A stretch of 64,000 nt of DNA, taken from Acidimicrobiia bacterium. GTDB taxonomy: Bacteria > Actinomycetota > Acidimicrobiia > Spongiisociales > ZC4RG35. Shown piece by piece: positions 32,916-42,703 of the stretch (positions are counted from its first letter, which is position 1; each line of letters begins with the position of its first letter). Both the position numbers and the translations under genes were made by a program. Location of the stretch: assembly GCA_965215185.1 (NCBI GenBank), contig OZ244034.1:1280001-1344000 (forward strand), written 5' to 3'. The notes beneath the pieces were generated by a model. That model saw only the letters and a list, made by a program, of their open reading frames with translations, searched no databases and was not told the origin of the DNA.

Positions 32916-34030
32916 CTAGGCGACTAGTAGGGGGATGAGGAGTTCTTGGGGGGTGATGCCGCCGTGATGGCCGACCATGTGCCCTCCCAGGCCGTCTGGC
33001 AGGATCACAGTATCCGGTGGGGCTAGTAGTGCGGCGGTTGGGAACTGTTCGAGGGCGGGGTGCGGGTCCCCACCGCCCAGCCATTCCCGCAGGCGATCAG
33101 CGTCTACGTATTGGGCGCCGGTGCGTTGAGCACATGCCGTACCTGTTCGACGGGCCCGTTGAACATCAGCACCCGCCCGTCGCCCCAGCATTCCATACCC
33201 TCAATAAGATGCCTCCCCAGCCTTATGATTCCGGCAGCAGGGATGTCGCAGTGCCCATGGTCAGCGGTTCCGATCAACGTGGTGTCGGGCGGCAAAATAC
33301 GCGCCAGGCGACCCCACAACCGACCGGTGTTTTCGAGTGCTCTTTTGTACCCCAATGACCGTTGACCCGACATGTGGGCGTTGCTGTCCACCGAAGACAA
33401 ATACACCACCATCAGAGTCGCCCCGCCGTCATCCAGCAACTCCGATGGTCTGATCCCATAGAGGCTGGAGTATCCGTATCGTTCCGCTCCCCGGTACACC
33501 ATGTTGCTGAACGGAGTCCCTTCGAAGATCACAGGGTGGGAGATGACCGCTCTCACGCCGGCGGTGTTCAAGCGTTCCCATAGGTTGGGAGCGGGCAGGA
33601 AACCGGTCGTGTCGTAGTCAACCCGCTCCCACTTGTCCGCCCATTGCAACATGTTTACCACTCGACCCAAATCGGGAATCCATTGGGTGTATCCGATCAC
33701 TCCATGCTGCATGGGCGCCAGCGCGGTGGCTACCGAAGACAAACCGACAGTGGTCGTGGTAGGAAACGGCGCCTTCAACACAGCCCGACGGGACCGGCGC
33801 AAAACCTCGGCGCTGGCATGAGCGAGTTGGCAATCGCCCAGACCATCTACCACCAGCAACACATAGTTGCGTTTGTCGGGAATCAGAACAGCCAGGTCAG
33901 AACGAAGGCCCCTGGTCGGCGACCCACCAGTGAGACGCCTTTCCAGTTCCGCCATCAGGTTCACCAAATTGTCACCCTGATAAGAAGGCAAAACACCCTG
34001 ATCTAACATCGCGGCCCCTTCCATCACCAA
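32916..34030 (-). CDS. Alkaline-phosphatase-superfamily nucleotide pyrophosphatase/phosphodiesterase (frameshift near 33120)
   Basis: LLVVDGLG, PFPTTT, HG..GY, D..AH..G, TADHGH; C-terminus GHHGGITPQELLIPLLV in ORF 32916..33191. Confidence 0.85.
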
Positions 34031-34184
34031 AAACCCCTACGGCGGCGCTGGCGCGAAACCACAAGACCCCGAATTACAGCATCGCCAGAACAAGCCGGTG
34101 AAACCACTCTCGCCCAATTCTGAAACTGCTTATATCCATTTCCTAAACCACTTTCCGACCAGGTGCTCGGAGTCGAGGGTTGTG

Positions 34185-34270
34185 TAGGTAGGGCCATGCG
34201 ACTGTAGTCATCGACCATAGAGCACGCTTACTCATAGCCGACCTTCTGACGAAGATTAGCCCGAGACCGA
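34185..34270 (-). mobile_element. Possible IS481-like transposase scrap
   Basis: KVGYE*ACSMVDDYSRMA resembles IS481 VGYDYVHSAVDDHSRLA. Confidence 0.4.
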
Positions 34271-34698
34271 ACCAGTACACACCATCCACCTCCATCGGGC
34301 ACTCTTCGGAAGTTTCCCAATACGGTCCACGTCCCAGAGGCGGGACAGTCCCTGACGACCGGGCACCCGGTACATCGTGGACCGCAGTACCCACAGGCGC
34401 CCGACCATCAGATGAGGCATTCCTTCTAGGCAACACCATCCTCCGCGATCCGTTCCTCCATCTCCAAAGAGACCGGTTGGGACTGCGACAAGGCCGCGAG
34501 GAAGGGCCCAGGAGCCCGGCTTCGCCTTCCTCCCAGCAACGTCTTCAGCCGTGGCCGGGAACAGTTCCGCTGCCGTTCACCAGTTAGACGCGTCCGTCTC
34601 GTGCAAGTTTGCAAGTCCCTATGTCCTACCTCGACCAGCAGGGCACCGGATCTGTTCTTTGGGCACTGGGTGTTCTGGTGGTACTTTGGAGGATGACA

Positions 34699-36025
34699 AT
34701 GAACATGTTGCCACCTCCCCCTGATGGTTCCGGTGACTATACCGACCCGGAAACGATCCAGATGGTGGTCGGCAACACCTCCACCCCACCCGACACTCTC
34801 ACTGCCCTAGCGCAAGATCCCCAACCGCAGTGCGCACCGCGGTGGGGCGCAACCCGAGCACCCCACCACACTCTCACTGCCCTAGCGCAAGATCCCCAAC
34901 CGCAGGTGCGATGATCCCCAACCGGTGGGTCACAACCCGAGCACCCCACCACACCTTCTCACTGCCCTAGCGCAAGATCCCCAACCGCAGGTGCGATGGC
35001 ATGTGGGTCACAACCCGAGCACCCCACCACACCTTGGCAACCCGAGCACCCCACCACACCTTCTCACTGCCCTAGCGCAAGATCCCCAACCGCAGGTGCG
35101 CAGAGCGGTGGGGCGCAACCCGAGCACCCCACCACACCTTCTCACTGCCCTAGCGCAAGATCCCCAACCGCAGGTGCGATGGCATGTGGGTCACAACCCG
35201 AGCACCCCACCCGACACTCTCACTGCCCTAGCGCAAGATCCCCACCCGCTAGTGCGCAGAACGGTGGGGCGCAACCCGAGCACCCCACCCGACACTCTCA
35301 CTGCCCTAGCGCAAGATCCCGACAGGATAGTGCGCAGCGCGGTGGGTGGCAACCCGAGCACCCCACCACACCTTCTCACTGCCCTAGCGCAAGATCCCCA
35401 ACCGCAGTGCGATGGCATGTGTGTGGCAACCCGAGCACCCCACCCGACACTCTCACTGCCCTAGCGCGCGGTGCGCAGCGCGGTGGGTGGCAACCCGAGC
35501 ACCCCACCACACCTTCTCACTGCCCTAGCGCAAAATCCCCAACCGCAGGTGCGCAGAGCGGTGGGTCTCAACCCGAGCACCCCACCACACCTTCTCACTG
35601 CCCTAGCGCAAGATCCCCAACCGCAGGTGCGCAGAGCGGTGGGTCTCAACCCGAGCACCCCACCCGACACTCTCACTGCCCTAGCGCAAGATCCCCAACC
35701 GCAGGTGCGCAGAGCGGTGGGTCTCAACCCGAGCACCCCACCACACCTTCTCGCTGCTCTAGCGCAAAATCCCCACCCGACGGTGCGCAACGTGGTGGGT
35801 GGCAACCCGAGCACCCCACCGCACCTTCTCGCAGACATGATCCGGGTACGCACGGCACCCAGAGCAGCCCGATATTACGACCCTGATTGTTTGCCTCCCT
35901 GCCCGTTCTGCGAAAACCACTGCGTGGAAGACAGCCGATATTACGACCCTGACCTCCTCAACTCCCTACTGCAAAACACCGACGACCTTATCCGCCGCAT
36001 AGAGGACGGTCTCCACAGCCGGTAG
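34699..36025 (+). CDS. Leucine-rich-repeat-variant (LRV/HEAT-like) tandem repeat protein, broken by several frameshifts
   Basis: 24-aa unit VRxxVGxNPSTPPH/DLLTALAQDPQPQ repeated across ORFs 34609, 34925 and 35471; C-terminal CPFC..HC. Confidence 0.8.
34770..35835. repeat. 72-bp tandem repeat array (~14 units) underlying the LRV protein
   Basis: CAACCCGAGCACCCCACC...CTCACTGCCCTAGCGCAAGATCCCCAACCGCAGGTGCG recurs with ~72-bp period. Confidence 0.92.
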
Positions 36026-36289
36026 TGGAACTTCAACCAGGCAAACCGGGAGCGGTTCTTGATCGGGATGATCCGCACCACTTTCCTCAAACGCCTGGAA
36101 AGCGCCGCCCGTTCGCTCACTATAGGGACTTGGCGATTTAGGCGCTGACAGACTGGGTTTCGTTGTTTTCCCCGAATTTGGTGTCGTCGCCGACCAACGC
36201 CAACCAGATGGTTGTCATCGTGAACGACTCCGGTATTGGCGCGTCGGTTGATCCCATTATCGCTCGGATGGAGAAAGCGTATCGTGGGA

Positions 36290-36800
36290 ATCGCCCAGCG
36301 GCAGAGAAACTGATAGGGGAAGCGCATCGGCTGTTCCGCTAATTGGAAGCAGTGGGGGTTGTGCGGTGAAAGGACATCTCTTATTGGACACGATGCTGGA
36401 GTGGTGCTGGGCTGCCCGTCCCAACAGTTCGGGTGCGCATCGCCGTCCACAGGTGTCCACGGCGCGTAACCGGCAGTGGGCGGCGATGGCGGTGTTCTCA
36501 GGGGCGGAAGCGTTGGGATTGGTGGCAGAGATCGCCGCTTGGTCGGTGATCGCATCCCCCGGTCTTCGGATTCTGTGTCTACCAGGCCGCTGACGGGTGA
36601 AGAAACAAAAAGGGTTCGGGGTCTCGCCGACCGGGGACAACTGTTCTCTCGGCGGGCGGTGATCGTTGCTTTGGCATTCACTGGCGGTACTTCTGGGGAG
36701 ATTGTCGGGGTCCGCAAAAGCCATGTTGACCTGAAAACGGGAACAGTGAGAGTCGGTGGGCGGCAGAATTCGTTGTGCGAGTGGGGACATGCCGCGCCGA
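36290..36800 (+). pseudogene. Degenerate tyrosine-recombinase-like gene
   Basis: RPLTGEE...RRAVIVALAFTGGTSGEIVGVRKSHVDLKTGTV matches integrase box I but lacks the catalytic R; frameshifted upstream. Confidence 0.5.
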
Positions 36801-36987
36801 CCCGCTTTTGGTCAGCGTTTCATTGGCAGGCACATCCACCTGGGCGTTTCCGCAAAGCCCGTTATTCTTCCTCCGGTGTCCTGCTATCAAGGATTAATGT
36901 GGTCGTTGTTCACAGTTCTCGCCGGAGGTTCGGGGCGGTGGTCAGATTTCAAGTTGAGACGTACCGGTCTTGGGTTTTTGCTGCCCG

Positions 36988-38838
36988 TCAGGGTTGGTCG
37001 GTTTCATCGGCGTTGCGTAGGTAGGTGATGGTTTCCATCATTGCCCTGCAGTCAACCTCGTTGTAGGCTCGGATCTCTTTCATCAGTTCAAGATCGATGA
37101 GCCTTTCCGCCCGTTGTTGGTTGATCTGGCTTTGGCACCACCAGGCACCAACCATGGCTCCCAGGCCGTCGGTGGGTCCCGTGCCCCATTGGCAGTTGAC
37201 GAGCCCGTGCTGGTGAAGAGCGTTGGTGAAGGGTTTCAGTCCGAAACCGAAGGAACCCCGAACCACGACTGGCTCGGCTTTTATCACCCTGGTTAGGAAG
37301 TCGAACCAGTTGGGATTCGCCCATCTGTCCTGCCTGGAGGGATGTCTATTCCGGGCGGAGTTGTAGGCGTTTTCCAAACTGGATGCCTCGGCCGCCGACC
37401 AGTGGATCACCTTCGCGTGGCTGTCCGGAGCGATCCGATCTCGGACGGTGTTCATGTGATCAAGCCACGCCTCCACAATGCTCGCCTCGTCCGGTTCGGT
37501 CAACTGGTCTGCGATGAAGCACTCGAAACGCCATTCGCCCATTTCGATGTGCCCGCAGCCGATCATGAAAATGAGAGGCTGTCCGCTCTTGAAGGGGAAC
37601 CGGGCAAAGTCGTCGTCGAGGTCCGAGACTGTCTCAAAGTCAACGTAGAACTCGAGCGGAGGCGTATTGATCCACTCTGAGCGGGCCGACTCTATTCGGC
37701 GGGGTAGCACCGTGGGTCCGTCCGGTCGGCGGTTCACCTCCAACAACGCCCCCAGAGAGGTATTCCCTCCCATGTTCAGGCTTTCGGGTGTCACCTGGGG
37801 GTCGGTCCATTTGAACAGGCCCGCTCGGTTGGCCTCCCGCCACTTTTGGACTCCCACTCCCCGCAGTTGGATGAGATCCTCGGTCTCCTCCGCTAATAGT
37901 TTGACGGCCGATTTCCACTCCCCCATGTTGCCTTTGGTATTGGGTCGGAGTTCCTCCACCGTGGCCGGAACAGCTTCCCATTCGTGCCCAAGGCGGCGCA
38001 TCCTCCGGATCCATTCAACCGCCTGGTCGGCATGAACCTCCAAACATGTGTTGTCCCAACTCTCGTCCATGCCGACCGGACCCAACCGGTCCATACAGTT
38101 GTTGATTCTTTCAGTTGGCCGTTTTTGTGTCCTGCTCCACCCCCGGCCCAACAGGAACGCCTGCGTCGGGTGGTGGCCTTGCAGGTATCCCAGTGCCCGG
38201 TTGTACAGGAACACCTGCGCTTTGTACGCCCGGGCCGATCCGCTGTTTTGCAGAGCGTTTCCTCCCGCGTTGAACTGCAGGGTGGAGTATTTGATGTCAA
38301 CTATCACATAGTGACGGTCGCCGATGTCCAGATCCGTCGCCGGGACAGCCACCTGCCCGGGGTCCAAACATCCGGGAAACAGAGAAACCAGGACATCGCT
38401 TCGGACCAACAGGTCGGGAGAGCCATATACCCGGTGGCGGGTATCCCTCAACACACCCTGATAGACAATGGGCGTGCCCTCCGCCATCGCCTCCCAAGTA
38501 GCTACCGCCGCTGCCAAAGAAACAACCTGTGACGCAGAATCATCCGGGGAAACGATGGTCCGCACCCCATCAGGGTGGAGATATCTCAAATGGTCAGCCA
38601 CCCGGATCTCGAACTCCCGGCCCTTGCGGAAAACGAAACCAAGAAAGTCGGTCCGAGGATCGGGTCGGTCCCTCTCGTACCCATTCATATCGCCGTAGCG
38701 TTCAAGCCAATCCACCAGAGGATCACCCAGAACATGATTGCGGGTTCTAGTCGCCGACACCCACCCATCCCATTCCACCCCGCCCGTGGGAACCACCAGG
38801 CGACCGGTGTCATCAAAAATTAGGGCTGTCTTCGGCAT
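36988..38838 (-). CDS. RecB-like PD-(D/E)xK nuclease + RNase H-like domain protein (TM0106/YprB-like)
   Basis: G.EFE, IVYQGVL, G.PDLLV, Y.IVDIKYS, Q...Y; C-terminal YVDFET, HWS.AE, W.DF, FGLK, YNEVDC. Confidence 0.8.
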   Translation of the reverse strand: MPKTALIFDDTGRLVVPTGGVEWDGWVSATRTRNHVLGDPLVDWLERYGDMNGYERDRPDPRTDFLGFVFRKGREFEIRVADHLRYLHPDGVRTIVSPDDSASQVVSLAAAVATWEAMAEGTPIVYQGVLRDTRHRVYGSPDLLVRSDVLVSLFPGCLDPGQVAVPATDLDIGDRHYVIVDIKYSTLQFNAGGNALQNSGSARAYKAQVFLYNRALGYLQGHHPTQAFLLGRGWSRTQKRPTERINNCMDRLGPVGMDESWDNTCLEVHADQAVEWIRRMRRLGHEWEAVPATVEELRPNTKGNMGEWKSAVKLLAEETEDLIQLRGVGVQKWREANRAGLFKWTDPQVTPESLNMGGNTSLGALLEVNRRPDGPTVLPRRIESARSEWINTPPLEFYVDFETVSDLDDDFARFPFKSGQPLIFMIGCGHIEMGEWRFECFIADQLTEPDEASIVEAWLDHMNTVRDRIAPDSHAKVIHWSAAEASSLENAYNSARNRHPSRQDRWANPNWFDFLTRVIKAEPVVVRGSFGFGLKPFTNALHQHGLVNCQWGTGPTDGLGAMVGAWWCQSQINQQRAERLIDLELMKEIRAYNEVDCRAMMETITYLRNADETDQP

Positions 38839-39257
38839 AACCCTCCGAACAGGCAACGGGAAACCTTGCTGAGATAATAGGCACCGAAAAAGGAATAGAG
38901 CGCGGCGATGCCTGGTGGGTTGAATCTCCCGCCCCACCACCCAGGGTCACGGGGGGATGACTCGGTATTGCAAGACCGGCCCACAACACCTTCATAAGGT
39001 ACGGCATGTGCGAGAGCCAAGGTGTGCTTCTAAGCGAAGGGAGGATTGCCGAGTAGGAGATACTTCTTAGGGGATATCAGGACTGCCGACGCTGGTTTAG
39101 GTGTGCATTTGAGTGATGTGGTGGTCCGTCTCTACGGGGAGTCAGAAAAGGGGACTAAAGAATCGCTGTTTGAACATCATTGATCAACTGGTTGAGTTCA
39201 ACGCCTACGACATCCAGAAAAGGCTCGATCAAGAAAGGCAGTAACCCTTAGCCATTT

Positions 39258-40031
39258 CTAGGTCAGAACTTCCAGATCGCCATCCTGGCTGCGTTCCACT
39301 ACGGCAATGCCTTGCAACCCCCGGGGACCGGCGTGGGGCTTGGCCAGGCACACCACCTGAGCGCTGCCGATCATGCCCTTCTGGTCGTAATGCCTGTGCC
39401 CGCAAGCGTGGACACGGGGTTGGACCGTCTCGACAAGTTCACGCAGCGACGGATCTCCAATCGGGTTGCCTCTCCGGTCGGCGAGGACCCCTGATGGCCA
39501 GTCATGGGTCAACAACACGTCCAAACGTCCGTCCAGACGACCGACTGTGTCGATGAGTTGGTGCAACTCGGACCGATGCCAATAGGTCCGCTGCTTGGGC
39601 CCTTGACGAGATGGTTCCGCAAGCTCCGAATACTTCGGTGAGTAGATGCCCGACAGAAACCCGACTGTCACATCGCCAATACGTGTTATACCGAAGCGGC
39701 CCAGCCACCACACCCCCGGCGTCCACTCGCCCGGGCCGGCCCGGTCCAACATTGGATACGGCTCGTGATTGCCCGCAATGAAATACAAAGGAGCACCCAA
39801 CACGATCTCCTCGGCTACCAATCCTGGGAAGTCACCCATCTTCCGATACCGGGCGGGTACCGCCACTCCTGCCTGGTCGCTACGATCCCGGTTCGCTTCC
39901 AAATCACCCACCGCCAAGACGAAATCCAACTGCCCCCACCGGTGGCGCACCTCACCGAGGCCTTCGGCTAGGGACTCGAACCTGCCGTGAATGTCACCAA
40001 CGATCACAAACCGGGTTGTCATAGATCCCAT
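39258..40031 (-). CDS. Calcineurin-like metallophosphoesterase resembling the lariat-debranching enzyme Dbr1 N-domain
   Basis: GDIHG, VGD, GNHE, LSGI, THDWP, GHRH, plus the Dbr1-type segment EANRD.SD...VAVPARYRKMGDF. Confidence 0.85.
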   Translation of the reverse strand: MGSMTTRFVIVGDIHGRFESLAEGLGEVRHRWGQLDFVLAVGDLEANRDRSDQAGVAVPARYRKMGDFPGLVAEEIVLGAPLYFIAGNHEPYPMLDRAGPGEWTPGVWWLGRFGITRIGDVTVGFLSGIYSPKYSELAEPSRQGPKQRTYWHRSELHQLIDTVGRLDGRLDVLLTHDWPSGVLADRRGNPIGDPSLRELVETVQPRVHACGHRHYDQKGMIGSAQVVCLAKPHAGPRGLQGIAVVERSQDGDLEVLT

Positions 40032-40149
40032 TCATGGTAATCCAATTATCCCCCTTTTTGCCTTGGGAGTGGCAACTGGCACTGACCCAACGGCGGGTGC
40101 TGGCCACCATCCCTGATCTGCGCCTTTCCCAGAGGTTTTCGGGGAGAAC

Positions 40150-40330
40150 CCCACACCTCAACGTGAGACATGCGCATCCCCTCCCAAACACCCGGATCCT
40201 CCCACTGTCGGAACACGCCCTTCCCGGCGAAATCTCCAAAGTCCGCTGTCCCCTCCATTCCGTCGGCAAAACGAATCCACACCCGATACTTCTCAAGCGG
40301 TTTCGCTTCCACCGAACAGGCAGAACATGA
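40150..40330 (-). pseudogene. DUF2442-like fragment
   Basis: VEAKPLEKYRVWIRFADGMEGTADF...GKGVFRQWED. Confidence 0.65.
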
Positions 40331-40564
40331 CAAGGTGAGAATAGAGTCTGCTAACGACGCGTTGGTTGGTTCCGTCGCACCCAGGGACTCGCTCTGGCCA
40401 ACACACAGCCGTCGTTTGTTCGGGTTGATGAGAGCGGGAAGGTAACGACCCGGACCAGAAAAGGTTGTTGGACTTCGCGGAGAGGGCAGTGGCGCGGTTG
40501 TGTTCTCTGTCGTTGCCGGTTTTGTTTGGGTTTCTGAACCAGAAACACTATATTGGTAGCCCCT

Positions 40565-41419
40565 ATGAGTGAGGTTGTTGCGGTTCAGCCCGGGTTGCCG
40601 GATTGGTTTTACGGGCGGCTTGGCACTTGTCCGGTGCCGGATGCGATGGTTCCGGTGGTCACCGATTTGTTCGGCAAAAAGGCTTCCGTTGTGACTTTGG
40701 ACGATTTGGAGTCGTATGGTGTGAAGGGGTGGTCCCCTTCTGAAATGGCTCAAGTGTTGCGTCGGAAGGATTGGCTGTTTCCGTTGCGGTGTCAGGGTGC
40801 CTGGCGGTTCTACAGGTCCGCTATTTCTCTTCGGACACCCGGGTTCGCGGAGTTGAGGGCCAGGTTGCGGGTTCGCCCCGACACCCCGGCTTGTATAGGG
40901 GGTCGGTCGGTGGCTCAGGCGCACAGTTGGCTGCGTCGTCCCACCGGCCGGACAATTGGAATGCCTCCTCGCGTGAAAGCACCTAGTTGTTTTCAGGATT
41001 ACACCGTGTGCCGGTGGGAACCACAAATACCATTGGACGAGATCGAAGGGTTGCCGGTGTGGAAACCCGAAACGCTGTTGGTGTTTATGGGTGCCCGGCC
41101 CGGGTCGTTTCCCTGGTCGGACATAGCAGAATGGCTGTGGGAGAGCTGCGAACCGCTCGAAGAAGATTTGTTGCTGAGCGAACTGGAAGGCAGACCACGG
41201 GCAACGTGGATGAAAACCGCCTACGTTCTCGACGCCGGTGAACGACCCGACCTGTCAGATACGCTGGTCAAGTTATGCCCCTCGAACGCCAAGGGACCGC
41301 ATTTACTCGCCGACCGCACCTACCGGCATGGGTCGCTCAAGAGAACACCTGTTTGGTCCGCCAAGTACGAAGTGGTGGATTACATCTTCCCCAGATGGTG
41401 GATAGCCAAATGGCGGTAA
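40565..41419 (+). CDS. AbiEi-like type IV TA antitoxin
   Basis: N-terminal wHTH-like L.RK.WL..L..G.W, G.S.A, GLPV...ET.LV; overlaps AbiEii. Confidence 0.75.
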   Translation: MSEVVAVQPGLPDWFYGRLGTCPVPDAMVPVVTDLFGKKASVVTLDDLESYGVKGWSPSEMAQVLRRKDWLFPLRCQGAWRFYRSAISLRTPGFAELRARLRVRPDTPACIGGRSVAQAHSWLRRPTGRTIGMPPRVKAPSCFQDYTVCRWEPQIPLDEIEGLPVWKPETLLVFMGARPGSFPWSDIAEWLWESCEPLEEDLLLSELEGRPRATWMKTAYVLDAGERPDLSDTLVKLCPSNAKGPHLLADRTYRHGSLKRTPVWSAKYEVVDYIFPRWWIAKWR

Positions 41420-42363
41420 CAGACCGACCGATCACACCAGGAGACATCACCCGTTTCTATCCCTTGGCGGCGCGGGATACAGAGGTGCATGTCGGGGCGG
41501 TGCTTGATATAGCGTTTGATCATATTCTCTATGGTCTTCTACAAAGCAGCGCATTTGACGCTTTGGATATGACTTTCAAGGGCGGCACAGCCTTGCGGAA
41601 ATATTACCTGGGACACAAGAGCCGGTTCTCGTTCGATCTCGATTTCGATGTCGCATCGGGAGCGGAGGATCTGGTAGCGGAACAGGTCAACCGGATGAGT
41701 TTCGACCAGTTCGACTTCACCGTTTACGAGCGGCGGGGTCACTACATGATAGAAATCGCGTCCGAACTGTTGGCCACTGATAGCGTGCCTGTCAAAATGG
41801 ACTTTTCGACAAGAGGGCTGTGGTTACCAACCGAGTGGACACCGCCGATAGGCAACCCGATGCACGGTTTGTATGCTTTCGACCCGCCGGTGGTTCCGGT
41901 CATAAATCTAGCAGAAAACCTTTCCGAAAAACTGTCACGATGGCAACGGATATCCGTGGTTCGCGACCTGTACGACCTGGCCGCTCTCGCCGGGTATGTG
42001 TCACCGGGACTTGTCGCCGAGTTATGGGTGCTGAAATCTTATAGGAACATGATCGAACAAAGACACCGGTTGCAGCAAGGCGACACGGCTGCTTCGGTCG
42101 AAAATATCACAGCCCAGCGACAGGTTTCTGATTTCGATCTAAACGACTTGGTGCTTCCCGGGACCGCTTCTGCCAGCGACAAAGCCCAACTGGTACGTGA
42201 AGATATCCGCATAGTGGCGAGTTTTTGCCGAACGATCGCTGAATGCATGACCCCCGAATTGTCAGAAATCGCTTCGGACCGAGGCGCCCTGGAGTGGAAA
42301 GTCGCCCAGCGGATACAAAAACTGGCAGGACAAAGTGCTAGCGGTGTTCACCGATCACGCTAA
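41410..42363 (+). CDS. AbiEii-family nucleotidyltransferase toxin
   Basis: FKGGTALRKYY...RFSFDLDF, E..SEK, RDLYDL. Confidence 0.9.
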   Translation: MAVTDRPITPGDITRFYPLAARDTEVHVGAVLDIAFDHILYGLLQSSAFDALDMTFKGGTALRKYYLGHKSRFSFDLDFDVASGAEDLVAEQVNRMSFDQFDFTVYERRGHYMIEIASELLATDSVPVKMDFSTRGLWLPTEWTPPIGNPMHGLYAFDPPVVPVINLAENLSEKLSRWQRISVVRDLYDLAALAGYVSPGLVAELWVLKSYRNMIEQRHRLQQGDTAASVENITAQRQVSDFDLNDLVLPGTASASDKAQLVREDIRIVASFCRTIAECMTPELSEIASDRGALEWKVAQRIQKLAGQSASGVHRSR

Positions 42364-42626
42364 AACGGGCCTGGACTACGTATTTGTGGAGCAGTGGCCC
42401 TCTGTGATGTGTCAATGAAGGGGAAGTCCTGACAGCGGTTTTCTCAGGGGGTGTGGTCGGTTCCGGAAAGAGAACCGAGACTGTCACGGGCATAATCGAT
42501 CCTCCCGGCACCGCTATGGGTTGTTACCCCAAAACCGTTTGGGGTTGTGGCGCTGGAGCGAAACCACAAAGTCCCAGGTCACGGCCTTGAGCGAGGGGGC
42601 GGTGAAACCACTTTTTGGGGCTCATC

Positions 42627-42703
42627 GATGCTCCTATATTGTCAAATCCGGTTTTGGTGAGGTGTGAGGGTGGTGAGCCATTGGTGGTATCGGGTGGCGA
42701 GTT
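42627..42703 (-). mobile_element. IS110 right end (last codons of the HTH tail plus terminus)
   Basis: The reverse complement ...CGATACCACCAATGGCTCACCACCCTCAC...TTTGACAATATAGGAGCATC is nearly identical to 3580-3655. Confidence 0.88.

Noticed and set aside
34770-35835. CRISPR-like periodicity (constant and variable segments)
   Set aside because: The period is 72 bp (24 codons), the variable parts are short and recur, it translates to an LRV repeat, and no cas genes are nearby.
39036-39060. tRNA-like 5' sequence GGAGGATTGCCGAGTAGG
   Set aside because: No anticodon arm, T-loop or acceptor complement follows.
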